Shown here in pieces: positions 46,647 through 59,685 of a DNA stretch of 64,000 nt. The notes under the pieces were generated by a model. The model saw only the letters and a program-made list of their open reading frames with translations. It was not told the DNA's origin and searched no databases. The position numbers and the translations under genes were made by a program. How positions within the stretch are numbered: the stretch's first letter is position 1; the number at the start of each line of letters is the position of its first letter. The DNA is from Squalus acanthias (taxonomy: Eukaryota): contig CM059432.1 in assembly GCA_030390025.1 (NCBI GenBank), forward strand, positions 98,892,001 to 98,956,000, written 5' to 3'.

Positions 46647-48344
46647 TGTAAGGATTCCAAAATTTACAGATCCCCAAAACCTAAGGATAAAGGACTTTGG
46701 AACTACCTCAGAGTGATAAAAATGCATTTGGGCCTAACCTAAGGAATTTAAGACCAGAAACCAAGTTTTGGCATTATAAAAACATGTCTGGGCCTGTAAA
46801 AGGAGAAAAGGCTGTGAAGGAAGTTGGGTTCGACCTCTGTAAAAGCAGTTTTGGTTATTGCAGTTAATTGCACTGTCTGGGGACCGGGATGACCCTACTC
46901 AAGCCCCAGCAGGCATTAACATTTTGACAATAGACCCTAGGAGAAGACAGTCCCACCCAAAACAACAGGTCCCATCAAACCGATTACAGGGCCCATCAGG
47001 AAAAATGCATAATACAAATCACCCAGGACCAGGCTATAGAAAAGACTGAGTCCAGCCTAGAAACCCAAAACATGAAACCAATCACCAGTGATCAGCCAAG
47101 GAGATCGACAGGATGCAAACCATCCCAAAACCCATTTGACACTTACAGAGCAGTTTCTGGTAGCAGGCCCGCCAAATTCAGACAATGAACTGAGCAGATT
47201 TGGCGGGTAGATAAGGCCATGTTCAATGGGTGAGATTGAAGGCCTGTTAAAACCCAGTTAACGTGCTAGTAAGTCATTACCAATTTAAGAGCCCGTCAAA
47301 ACTAGACAATGAACCGAGTAGATTTGGCGGGTAGATAAGGCCACTTCAATTCTGTATAATTGAAGGCCCACCAAGCACACACGAGAGAGACAACACAGTT
47401 CAAGGTCATTGGGTCGAGCAGTCAGTCGCAACCGATGGTCATCAGAAGGAGAAGAGACCAAGAAGAAGAAGGCCCGAGCTGGAAGCGAGTCGGCATCGCT
47501 CACCACTCAGACACACCTGAGTCCAGCTCGCGAAGACACCACCTCGACGGACCTCCAACAACGGCCCCAACACAGTCACCCAGAGCAACAAGCAGCAACA
47601 AGTCACCGACGGCTCCACGAGGTCGACCGACACACAAAACAAGGCCTAAAGCCATCGCGGAAACCAAAGGCCTCACGAAACCAACAACCGCACATTACCC
47701 CCAACTGACCGGGTAATAGCAGGCCACCGCGACCAACAAAGACCAACTCCAGGGAAGAAAACCCGAAGAATCGCAAAGTTTCCACACCACAAACTACTCC
47801 TGACTTACCCCTGGGTAGGATTTTCCCCAAAGACTCTAAACCCTACTGCTAAACTAAAGAAATTGGGTACTCACCAGATAAATCCAAAACGACATCCTAC
47901 CGCATCAGCGGACTCGCGAAGACTGACCAGAGACCCAGGAGAAGTCCTCTACCGTGTACGGGGTACGGCAGACACTAATCGCCATAAACAACGAACCCCA
48001 AAACCGCGATTTAGCCCAACTGTCAAAGGATTGGTGAGCATTATCCCTGGTCCTTCAAAACCTAACTTAGCTAGTAAAGTGGGGTTGGGAGGGTTGAAGT
48101 ATTGTTCTACTGTCATTTCCCTCGCTTGTACCGAAGTGTTCCCCACCTTTAGAGTGATAAGAGTGTTATTATTTGTATCTTACCTTTTAATAAAGATTGA
48201 AGTTCTTTCATCAAACTCAGTTGTCTGCTGCACCTTTTGTATCACAACCCCCAATTAAGTCCATGGTCCAGAACCATGGGAGTGGGAGCAATTCGAACCG
48301 CTCAGAAGTCAGAGGTAAAGTTGACACAAACCACCACCCCTACA
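46647..48344 (+). repeat. 5' LTR of provirus B (1698 bp)
   Basis: TGTAAGG...CCCTACA; TATAAT 47355, donor 48034, AATAAA 48189-48194. Confidence 0.96.
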
Positions 48345-48346
48345 GA

Positions 48347-50107
48347 ATGGTGACCGCGGCAGGACCGCGGCAAAAGGGATGTGATGCAGTGGACACTGTT
48401 TTTGAAGAGAGAACCAAGATGGAGGAACGGATTTCCTCCTATGTGTTCGAAAAGGTGAACATAACTAAGAAATGGGTACTCAGTCAGCTAAGTGGATTGA
48501 GAGCAAAGACCACAGGAAATCTGTGGAAAAGATACAACTATTGGACAAACGTGTAGAGACACTCAAAGCAGAACTGCAGGATTCTGCTCAGCTGTATCAA
48601 ATAAGGGCCCTAGCAGGGGAAACATTATTGAATGAACTAACAGCCTGAGATCAGGAAAGGAGGCAGTTAGTGGAAGCACACAGGAACAGTCAAGAGTATT
48701 TTCAGTGTCAGATCACCGAAGCAAAAACCAGTGAACTAGTGTTGAGGGATGAGAACACCTGCCTTGCCAGGCAAGTAAAGGAACTAGAGGAGAGGTTAAG
48801 AGATGTCCAGGCAGCTTACAAGGTAGCAAGCACAAGGGGGTATGAAGCCGGAGAGCACGGCCCCTGCCAGAAACAAATCGAAAGTTTGAACATTGCTCTG
48901 TCTAGAGCCAAAGGCATGGTGTGCCTGTTAAGCCCGGGTACGGCCCGGGTGGACCTGGAAGTGCAAGTGGAAACTGTTCGGACGCCACCTGTGGCGCCGG
49001 GGAATGACCCGGTTGGGCAGCAGGAGGGAAGGGCGATTTGTGAGGCTGGCAGGGAGTGCACACCACCACCTGTGGCGCCAGGTTTTAACTCGGTTTGGCA
49101 GCAGGCAGGGGTGGGCAAACCAATGCAGGAAAGGTTGGAGCCGGGGCCAATGTGCCCGGTTCCGGCAGCAAAAGTTTGGCCCACCTGGGGGTGGTGGGGG
49201 TCAAGGACCCCTTGAAAGCCAATTTGTGGCTCCCCACGGTACCCAACAGCTTAGGGCTATGATAAGTCACCTGGGTAAGCTCACTCAAGAAGGGGACCCC
49301 TCAGTCCACTTCATGGAAGTGGAACAGGCAGCGGGCATCAACGACTGTGATGATGCCGAGATGGCAAAAATGCTCCTGTTCTCCCTAGACAGTAAAATCT
49401 ACCAGTCCCTCTCCGCAGAGAGTAAAAGAGGGCAGGGTGGATATGCTGCCATCCGAGAGGGAGTTCTGGAGGCCATGGGAATGAACGATGGTAGTCCCTT
49501 CTCCTGGGTGGAGAAGACTACACAGCTAGTAGGGGAGACCCCACACGCTTTCGCAGACCGACTGTGGCCTGTGTACAGGAGTGCCTGTAATGGGGTTCTC
49601 GACCGGGATCGCCTGAATCAGGACGAGCTGGCCCACTGGCTCCGAAGCCTAGTGGCAAACAGCTTGCCACGGATCAGGGCCAAGGCTGAGCTGTGGTTTG
49701 ACCCGAAAGACCCCCGGGTCACCGAGGAGACAGTGGTCAGACAACTGACCCTGGCTTACCGGAACGGTAGAGGGACAGAAGAGCACCCACCTAAGGGAAA
49801 GGTACACGAAATAAGGCCTGGTAAAAGGAAAGAGTGGCACCAGGAAGGGGGTAACCCTTCTGACACGAAGCGTATCTGTTTTGGGTGCGGGAAGAGTGGA
49901 CATTGGAGAAAAGACTGTAGGAACCCGTGGAAGGGTAACCTAGGAAAGAATTCCCCAGCCCCTGCCCCAAAGGTATAAACCCCGACCTCTCCCCACACGT
50001 TAGATTCGGTCGTGGCTGCGATCCGAGCTCTAGTAAACGGCCCAGGGAGAGTAGCCACCGCCACTGGTGCTCTAAACCCATCTGCCCCCCCTAACACAGA
50101 CTTATGA
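48347..50107 (+). pseudogene. gag: gag (frameshifts, premature stops)
   Basis: YVFEKVNITKKW, DPSVHFMEVEQAAGINDCDD, FADRLWPVY, CFGCGKSGHWRKDC; the ancestral stop is TGA 50105-50107. Confidence 0.9.
48348..48365 (+). promoter_or_regulatory. Primer binding site (tRNA-Arg-like)
   Basis: TGGTGACCGCGGCAGGAC, one C>T change from the PBS of A. Confidence 0.82.
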
Positions 50108-51205
50108 CTAGAACCAGCGCAGCCTGTCTACCTGTGTTCCCCGGAATACGATGGTAAGATGGGGGTGGAGACGGTGCAGGGGAGACATTTGGTGGACACC
50201 GGAGCTTCCAGCATGGTGGTCCATTCGGAAGACCCGACCAATTCACCCAGGTCTAACCAGGTCCCATTTCGCCTAATGGGGTTCACAGGGAACGAGCAGG
50301 CTGGGGCAATGTCCAAACCTTTGGACATAGATTTAGGATCCCTTCATACCACGTGAGAGGGTAACCAGAAGACCGACAAGTTGGCCAAGCAGGGGGCCAG
50401 GGAAGGAGAGTTCTGGGATCCCTATAAAGCTTTGCCCCCGGACTTAAAGCAGGTCCAAGCCCAGGATCCCGTCCTTAAGGCCATCCTGGTAAAGAGAGAG
50501 AATGGGGAGTCCATAGAAGGTCCGTTCAGGGCAGCGGACGAGATTTTAAAACAGATTCACTGGCAAGCAGCCAGTAACCTGGGGAGCCAACACCAGAAAA
50601 ATCGTCTGCTGTTAGAACCTCAGAGAACCCACGAGTGGGAGATTAACCAATGCAAGCTGTTTAAACCCGAGAAAAGGGAACAGTCAGCAAAGGTGGACCA
50701 CCCCAAAGTTAGAAATCCCCAGCCAGCAGCTGTGGCAGACGCACAGGCTGCAGCGGTGGGGACAGTGGCTTGTATCACAGGAGGGTACACTCCACCGATT
50801 ATGTGGGACTCAGGCACACCCCCAGTGGCCAGAGTCCTGAGAAGGTCTCCTCGCACACCACAGCCTAAACTGCCGTGGTCACCGATACATCAATGGGTCA
50901 GCCCAAAAGGGGCTGCAACCCAAAAAGGAGTGCCCAAGGCCAGGGAGCGTTCAAAGGTTAGGGATCCCCAGCCTGCAGCCTCAGGCTGCAAGGAACCCAC
51001 AGGACAGGACAGGTACTCAGCAGCCACACCAAAGGGGGCAGTGTGCTGTAGCACAGGAGGGGACACTCCCGGGATTGTCAGGGATTCAGGGAAACCCTCA
51101 GTTGTTTTAAGAAGGACTCTCAGGGTCCTGCGGTACAGGCCACCTTACACCCAGGCGTACAGGCTGCTCAGAAGCTGCCCAAGAGAGAGGCCATACAGGG
51201 ATTGA
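50108..51205 (+). pseudogene. pol: Internally deleted pol: protease N-terminal half, RNase H end, integrase-flanking pieces, tail
   Basis: HLVDTGAS; EGNQKTDKLAKQGA; DLKQVQAQDP. All in the gag frame, with a single TGA at 50354. Confidence 0.8.
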
Positions 51206-51418
51206 CCTGGCTGTCCGGAGACGGGCGGCGAATGTACAGAGTTTTAGTAATTTTAGGTGTTTAACAGTTTGGTAGTTTTAGGATTTTTAAGGATTCTAGT
51301 TTTAAGGATTTTAGTAAATAAGCTTAAAAGATCTCAAGAATTGATCACCTGTCCAGCCTGAGAACCTTCTCGGGACATGGTTGTCTGTTTTGTGTGTCCC
51401 TACAGAGAGGAAATCGGC

Positions 51419-53747
51419 ATGACCAGGGTTCTGCTCCTGCTCGCCCTGGTAGGGGTGAGCATCGGTGACCGAGGTGACGTGGAGGACTCCCACATCTATG
51501 AGTGCTCGGGAGAGAGAGCACCGGTCGTCACCGCAGGGGGTGGCGAACGGGGAGTGGAGGAGCTCGCCATCTACTTCCACGAGGGAAGGTGGCCAGGGTG
51601 GCTGGGGTACACCTCCACAAAATACTCCAGCCAGACCGGGTTCACGTACGGGAAGGCCTCCCTCCCATGCCCCAGAGTACAGGTCGTTGCCACAAGGGTC
51701 AGTGTCACCGAGGGGAAGCGTGTGTGCCTTACCTGTAAGGGACGAATTCCCCTGAATAGGTGGTGGTGGCTCAGGAAGCTGAGCAGAGATGCAGGGGACC
51801 ATACAGCCGACTGGGAACGACTAGGGAACGACACCTACCGGACAATCACAGGGACCCATGGGGGAGTGAGTGTGTGTTGGGATAAGTGGTGGGAGTCGGA
51901 ACAGGGAGTCTATGTTTGTATGTGGGGGTCAGAGAAAGGCTGCCCCACAGGCATATCCATCATCTTCTCCAGGCAATGGCAAGATGCCAGGGAGGGGATG
52001 GGGTGGGATTCTAGCCTACATGTGTGCGCGCTCCCACACTCCCCGACCCCAGTCAACGCCACCGAACTAGTAGCCCGCCCCCGAAAGCCCCTGCCCGCGA
52101 CCACGACCTCACGGACAGTAGAGGAGAGGTGTCCTACCACCACCAAGGGACCAGAGAATGGACTAGTCATAGTACCGACCGAAAAGGTACTGTACCAGGG
52201 GGTACACTATGCAGTAGCTTCAGTAATATTAACACTTACCTAAATGGTGTCCTAAGGAGACAGAACAGCTATACCAGGCCCTGCTAAAGGAAATGTTTAG
52301 AAAATTTTATGAATTCGATTTTGCCAACGTGGACAAAGCAGAACCGAACAGATTACACCCTGAGCGCACCATGGGCGCAGGGAGACAAAGAAGGGGGACC
52401 TGGAACAATATTTTCACAACATATAATACAGGATCCTCAGTAATAAATAGCCTAGATGACATAGAGCTACAAACACAGATAAATGGTTTAAAAACCCAGT
52501 TGAGGAAGATCCTAACGGATGGGAACACAGTGGTAGGCTCAGAGCTACACGAGGACCAAGCTATGATGGTCCATCTAAAAGAGATTATTGCTGAGCTAGA
52601 GAGACATGCTAAAACAGTGAATGCACTCATACGGGAGTTCAGGAATGCTTTGGATCAGGCTGCACAGAATGAGGTGTGTGTGCTATATGGGGCATGGTTG
52701 CTGGGCGAGGGCCGCAACAACCTGGAGGATTTAAGACAAGATTTAGTCCCCTCCTGGATTAGCAACAAACACCTCGCAGCCCTCCACCCATTCAGCAATT
52801 CACTGAGCCCGTGTCAGCTCCGCCTAGCCTCTGAAGCCTACCCAGTCCCAGTAGATTGTGGACGTTCCAATCACTCTATCATGGGGATAGTAGTGAAGAT
52901 ACCGGTCATGGGTGGGACAGCCCGTCCCACACCGGTATACAGGGTGGAGAACATTGGGATCATTCAAGGGGGTGCACACGTCCGTTTCGCAGAGGTCCCA
53001 CCTTATGTCATAAAGTGGGAGCACGCTATGACAGGTACTGACCTCTCCGGGTACCGGAGCCGGGGTTCACACATAATATTGTGTCCCCAGCACTTGAACG
53101 CCTACTCTAAACCACAGTGCGGGTTTAAAGCTGCTGGCGCATGACCTATCAACTGTACCATGGAGGTAATGGCACAAGGCCATGTTCCCCCACAGGTAGC
53201 ATTCATAGGGGGTGGGACATATTGTGTCACCACAAGTGTGCCCCACTACCAGCATGGACAGCATTTCTGGTGTCCGGTAAGTGACAGCAGTTTCTGCTTT
53301 AAACCCGAGGCAGAAGTTCACGTGGCCCAGGAACGGATTGTCCCCATTCCTGAACCCTCAACTGTTCACCTAACTGTAAGGGAAAACATTACCAACCTGC
53401 AAAACTATGTCACCTTCTTCGGCTATAAAATTCCTCCTCTACCCGAACACCTTACCGTCTTACTAAAAGATGTACAGGCATCACAAAAGCATTTCTACAC
53501 CCTAGAACAAAAGACACTCGAGATAGGGGCTGAGATTTCGGCCATCACGGTTCCACCCTGGTGGGACATTTTTGAAAATGTAGAGGTTCCTTCTTGGATT
53601 AGGATGGCCTCACACATCTTAGTGGTTTGCCAGCTCGGGATAGTCTTGTACTTACTGTGTACAAAGTGCAAGGGGAAGGACAGAATGCTCCATTCCCGAC
53701 ATGAGAAAGCCTGGGAAAAACATTACAATAAAGTTTACCAAGTATAA
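51419..53747 (+). pseudogene. env: env (Ig-like domain plus F-type fusion protein), frameshift at about 52240 and stop at 53142
   Basis: Collinear with env of A: signal MTRVLLLLALVG, RQRR, TM HILVVCQLGIVLYLLC. Confidence 0.88.
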
Positions 53748-54036
53748 AACAAGCCTGAATCAATTCTAAAAATAAAGAAGTTTTGTGATCGTGTATTATT
53801 TTTACTATGTATGCACTGTGTCTTCCAAGTGGTGCAGGGGTGTTGGACCCACTCCGTGCTTGGATATGAATGTAATTGAATTCTTACCTGTATGTATTGG
53901 AATACTACACCAAAAAGGGGAATGTATGTTTTTGGGTTTTAGTCTAGGTAATAGAGGGGAAGGTTGGGTTTCGAGGATCAGGAATTTTGTCCTCCCAGGA
54001 CGATACTGTAGTGAATTAAAGTATCGCAGGAGGGAC

Positions 54037-55735
54037 TGTAAGGTTTCCAAAATTTACAGATCCCCAAAACCTAAGGATAAATGACTTTGGAACTACCTCA
54101 GAGTGATAAAAATGCATTTGGGCCTAACCTAAGGAATTTAAGACCAGAAACCAAGTTTTGGAATTATAAAAACATGTCTGGGCCTGTAAAGGGAGAAAAG
54201 ACTGTGAAGGAAGTTGGGTTCGACCTCTGTAAAAGCAGTTTTTGTTATTACAGTTAATTGCACTGTCTTGGGACCGGGATGACCCTACTCAAGCCCCAGC
54301 AAGCATTAACATTTTGACAATAGACCCTAGGAGAAGACAGTCCCACCCAAAACAACAGGTCCCATCAAACCGATTACAAGTCCCATCAGGAAACATGCAT
54401 AATACAAATCACCCAGGACCAGGCTATAGAAAATACTGAGTCCAGCCTAGAAACCCAAAACACGAAACCAATCACCAGTGATCAGCCAAGGAGATCGACA
54501 GGATGCAAACCATCCCAAAACCCATTTGACACTTACAGAGCAGTTTCTGGTAGCAGGCCCGCCAAATTCAGACAATGAACTGAGCAGATTTGGCGGGTAG
54601 ATAAGGCCATGTTCAATGGATGAGATTGAAGGCCTGTTAAAACCCAGTTAACGTGCTAGTAAGTCGTTACCGATTTAAGAGCCCGTCAAAACTAGACAAT
54701 GAACCGAGTAGATTTGGCGGGTAGATAAGGCCACTTCAATTCTGTATAATTGAAGGCCCACCAAGCACACACGAGAGAGACAACACAGTTCAAGGTCGTT
54801 GGGTCGAGCAGTCAGTCGCAACCGGTGGTCATCAGAAGGAGAAGAGACCAAGAAGAAGAAGGCCCGAGCTGGAAGCGAGTCGGCATCGCTCACCACTCAG
54901 ACACACCTGAGTCCAGCTCGCGAAGACACCACCTCGACAGACCTCCAACAATGGCCCCAACACGGTCACCCAGAGCAACAAGCAGCAACAAGTCACCGAC
55001 GGCTCCACGAGGTCGACCGGCACACAAAACAAGGCCTAAAGCCATCGCGGAAACCAAAGGCCTCACGAAACCAACAACCGCGCATTACCCCCATCTGACG
55101 GGGTAATAGCAGGCCACCGCAACCAACAAAGACCAACTCCAGGGAAGAAAACCTGAAGAATCGCAAAGTTTCCACACTACAAACTATTCCTGACTTACCC
55201 CTGGGTAAGATTTTCCCCAAAGACTCTAAGCCCTACTGCTAAACTAAAGAAATTGGGTACTCACCAGATAAATCCAAAACGACATCCTACCGCATCAGCG
55301 GACTCGCGAAGACTGACCAGCAACCCAGGAGAAGTCCTCTACCGCGTACGGGGTACGGCAGACACTAACCGCCATAAACAGCGAACCCCAAAACCGCGAT
55401 TTAGCCCAACTGTCAAAGGATTGGTGAGCATTATCCCTGGTGATTCAAAACCTAGCTTAGCTAGTAAAGTGGGGTTGGGAGGGGTGAAGTATTGTTCTAC
55501 TGTCATTTCCCTCGCTTGTACCGAAGTGTTCCCCACCTTTACAGTGCTAAGAGTGTTATTATTTATGTCTTACCTTTTAATAAAGATTGAAGTTCTTTCA
55601 TCAAACTCAGTTGTCTGCTGCACCTTTTGTATCACAACCCCCAAATAAGTCCAAGGTCTAGAACCAAGGGAGTGAGAGCGATTCGAACCGCTCAGAGGTC
55701 ATAGGTAAAGCTGACACAAACCACCACCCCCTACA
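54037..55735 (+). repeat. 3' LTR of provirus B (1699 bp)
   Basis: Direct repeat of 46647-48344 with about 55 differences counted by eye; preceded by PPT AGGAGGGAC. Confidence 0.96.
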
Positions 55736-56239
55736 ACAGGCACAATGGGCTGAATGGCCTCCTTCTGTGCTGTAAAATTCCATGGTTCTGACCTATAACA
55801 GGACCCCCAATGGTAGCATCTATCAGAGGGTGAATGGAAGTGATTCCTCAACAACACAGAAGGCTAAAATGAAAGGCGCTGAAAACAGGAAAAATGAGGT
55901 TAACAAAATGGTACATCCTGCATTTTGCTCATCAGTTGTATTGTGGAAGTAACATGTTTAGTTAAAAATCAAAATTACTCCATTTTCTTTGTAGAATTTC
56001 ACAAAAAGCTATGGATGTAGTTATGCTTTAGAGGAGGTTATGAGTAACATGTAACTTGACAACAATGCTGGGGGCAAGAGAGATGGGATCAGGTTTACAA
56101 TTCACAGACATCAGATGGGCAGGACATAGTTTTCATCTAATCTATTTAAATGTCCCATTTAAGGTTTTACAATTTCTTCAGTTTTGTATTGCAAGCAATC
56201 ACTTTTGTATATTCTGCTATTTCTCCCTATTGTATTTTT

Positions 56240-58686
56240 AGTGCCTTTTTAACCTCATGCCGGGCTGGGGTTGTGCTGAGATGGTGGCGGGTAGCATGCT
56301 GCGGGATGGAGTTGAGGACACTCGCGTCGAAGACAGAGTCTCGGTTAAGGAGATCTTCGAAGTGCTCCTTCCAGCAGGCACTGACTGCCTCTCTGTCCTT
56401 GATGAGTACCTCTCTGTTCTTGGCCCGCAGTGGGGTAGGGCCTTGGGTGCTTGGGCCGTAGATGGTCTTGACTGCGTTAAAGAATCCACGCTAAAGAATT
56501 CCCGCCACACAGTACTGCCCCCCGATTATCAAAATCCACGACAAGGCCTTGGACAACGTGGACCACTTTCCATACCTCGGGAGCCTACTGTCAACAAGGG
56601 CAGACGTCGATGATGTAGGGGGTGGTGGTTTTGTGTCAGCTTTACCTCTGACTTCTGAGCGGTTCAAATCGCTCCCACACCCTTGGTTCTAGACCCTGGA
56701 CTTATTTGGGGGTTGTGATAAAACGTGCAGCAGACAACTGGTTTTGGTGCAAGAACTTTGATCTTTATTTAAAAAAGTAAAACACAACACAAACAATCTT
56801 AACACTCTAAAGGTGGGGAACACTTCGGTGCAAGCGAGGGAAATAACTTTAAAAGAATACTTCACCCCTCCCAATCCCACTTCTCTAGCTAGGTTGGGCT
56901 CTGGAGAACCAGGGATAATGCTCACCAAACGAATCCTTGACAGTTGAGAGTTAGGGTTTAGAGTCTTTTGAGTAAATGTTTCATAAGGCACTTGTTGCCG
57001 CGTGGTGTCCGATGGTCACTGAGGCGGTCGCTCTGGTTTCTTCTTGCATGTCGGCCTGCTTCTGGAGCTGTTGGCCTTCTTTGTTGAACTTCTTTCTGTT
57101 GAACTCTACCTCTGTTTAAACTGTCTTCTTCCGAGCTGTGGAACTGCCTTCTTGCAGAACTGTAACTGTTGTGCTGGAGAACTGGAGAACTCCCTTCTTA
57201 CTGAACTGTCTTCTTTAACTGCCCAACTTGCTTCTCCTGAACTCTGTAACTCCAGCACTGACTTCTGCTGAAAACAGGCTTTCAATTGAACTCCAAACTA
57301 CAGAACTGCCTTCTGTTGAACTTGAACTGTTGTTACTGCTGAACTGTTGAGAACAGGCCTTTAATTATACTAAATTGAAGTGGCCTTATCTACCCCAAAT
57401 CAAATCCCGGTCATTGTAAGACCTCGTTAATAGTAACGACTTTACTAGCGTGTTAACAGGTTTTTGGGATGGCTTGTGTCCTGTCGATCTCCTTGGCTGA
57501 TCATTGGTGATTGGTTTCATGTTTTGGGTTTCTAGGCTGGACTCGGTTTTCTATGAGTGATTTGTATTATGCATGTTTTCTGATGGGCCCTGTAATCGAT
57601 TTGATGGGACCTGTTGTTTTGGGTGGGACTGTCTTCTCCTAGGGTCTATTGTCAAAATGTTAATGCGTGCTGGGGCTTTGAGTGAGGTCATCCCGGTTCC
57701 CCAGACATTGCAATTAACTGCAATACCCAAAACTGCTTTTACAGAGGTCAAACCCACCTTTTTTTCCTTTACAGGCCCAGACATAGTTTTAAAATGCCAA
57801 AACTTGGTTTTTGGTCTTACAGTCTCTTAGGTTAGGCTCAAATAAAATATTATCACTCTGAGGTAGTACCAAAGTCCTTTTTTCTTAGGTTTTGGGGATC
57901 TGCAAATTTTGGAAACCTTACAATGACAAAGTCCAACACCGCCTTCAGTGTGCCAGTGCAGCCTTCGGTCGCCTGAGGAAGAGAGTGTTTGAAGACCAGG
58001 ACCTTAAACCCGGCACTAAGCTCATGGTCTACAGAGCAGAAGTGATACCCACCCTGCTGTATGCCTCAGAGACATGGACCATGTACAGCAGGCACCTCAA
58101 AGCACTGGAGAGGTACCACCAACGCTGCCTCCACAAGATCCTGCAAATCCATTGGCAAGATAGGCGCAGTAGCGTCAGTGTTCTCGCTCAGGCCAGTATC
58201 CCCAGCATCGAAGTTTTGACCACGCTCGATCAGCTCCGATGGACGGGTCACATTGTCCGCATGCCCGATACGAGACTCCCAAAACAAGCGCTCTACTCGG
58301 AGCTCCGGCACGGCAAGAGATCCCCAGGTGGGCAGAGGAAATGCTTCAAGGACACCCTCAAAGCCTCCTTGAAAAAGTGTAACATCCCCATCGACACCTG
58401 GGAATCCCTGGCCCAAGACCGCACAAAGTGGAGGAGAAGCATCCGGGAAGGCGCCGAACACCTTGAGTCTCTTCGCCGGGAGCAAGCAGAAGCCAAGCGC
58501 AGGCAGTGCAAGGAGCGCACGTCAACCCAAGCACCCCACCCACCCGCCCCTTCAACCACCGTCTGCCCCACCTGTGACAGAGACTGTAGGTCCCGCATTG
58601 GACTCATCAGTCACCTGCAAACTCATTTTTAATGTGGAAGCAAGTCATCCTCGGTTCCGAGGGACTGCCTAAGAAGAAGAGAAGAT
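56240..58686 (+). mobile_element. RTE LINE 3' end with an inverted 5' piece (about 56240-56500), split by a solo LTR
   Basis: RADVD|DKVQHRLQCASAAF is continuous across the LTR; C-terminal CPTC...HLQTH; (AAG)n tail. Confidence 0.88.
56614..57922 (-). mobile_element. Solo LTR (1309 bp) of a provirus-B-related subfamily
   Basis: The ends are reverse complements of the B LTR ends; TSD ATGA (56610-56613 and 57923-57926). Confidence 0.93.
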
Positions 58687-59239
58687 TTTTAGTGCAATGT
58701 GGAATGTGATTTGTGCTCAAACCAACACGTAAATTTAGGATCAGTGAAGACTGTGACCAATTTTTTCAGAGAAGGATTACTAGCTGATATATTAGATAAA
58801 AACTATTTCTGCAATGAACCATGTCAACATATAAGTAAGATTGTGCCAAAATTAGAAAGCCGGAGCTGGTACTTTAAGGACATGTCACAAAAATGCTGTG
58901 ATTATAGAATCCTTCCTCTAACCCAGTCAGCACACAGAAATATGATTAACAGCTGCCAGAATAAGGTTGTGTTATGAAATTACATTTCTTGAAAAGCCAG
59001 AATAAAAAATTAAGAAATAAAGATGACAATTATCTTGTAATAAATTACAAACATGCATACGACTTATATCTCTCTGGAGTGATTTGGTAACTGCTTTTAT
59101 TTATTTAATGACACCTCTTTTGATTGAAGTCCTCCAGGTCTTTAATGCAGATGAGAAAGAACATGGGATAAGCATGCTTCCCTGAGGGACGCTAACACGA
59201 TATTTTCATCCTCCGAAGAGGTTGTGTGTGTTTAGTTCC

Positions 59240-59685
59240 ATAGTTGGCAGCACTCTTGCCTCTGAGTCAGAAGGTTGTGGGTTCAAGTCCCACTCCAGAG
59301 ACACGAGCGCAAAAATCTAGGCTGAAACCCCAGTGCAGTACTGAGGGAGTGCTGCATTGGCAGAGGTGCCGTCTTTTGGATGAGACGTTAAACCATCTGC
59401 CCTCTCAGGTGACTTAAAAGATCCTATGGCACTTTTTCGAAGAAGAGCAGGGGAGTTATCCCTGGTGTCTGAGCCAATATTTATCCCTCAATCAACATCA
59501 CTAAGACAGATTATCTGGTTATTTTCACACTGCTGCTTGTGTGAGCTTGCTGTGCCCAAATTGGCTGCCGCTTTTCCTACATTACAACAGTGACTACACT
59601 TCAAAAAGTACTTCATTAGCTGTAAACTGCTTTGGGACGTCCAGTGGTCGTGAAAGGCGCTATATAAATGCAAGTCTTTTTTCTT
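59240..59685 (+). mobile_element. tRNA-derived Deu-domain-type SINE, near full length
   Basis: B box GGTTCAAGTCC, central GAAGAAGAGCAGGGGAG core, L2-like tail GGCGCTATATAAATGCAAG. Confidence 0.8.

Larger units (their letters stand above)
46647..55735 (+). mobile_element. Provirus B: older Pol-deleted gag/env LTR retroelement related to A, 9089 bp
   Basis: TG...CA LTRs, TSD ACAG (46643-46646 and 55736-55739), PBS and PPT; inserted in a CR1 3' UTR. Confidence 0.95.

Noticed and set aside
47360..48258. ORFs of 99-131 aa in B's LTRs as accessory genes
   Set aside because: Non-ATG starts, no recognisable motifs, and not conserved in A or the solo LTR.
46647..55735. B as a segmental duplicate of A
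   Set aside because: Different TSDs, host elements, LTR sequences and pol remnants show independent integrations.
59240..59310. tRNA gene
   Set aside because: It is the tRNA-derived head of a SINE, continuous with the SINE body and tail.
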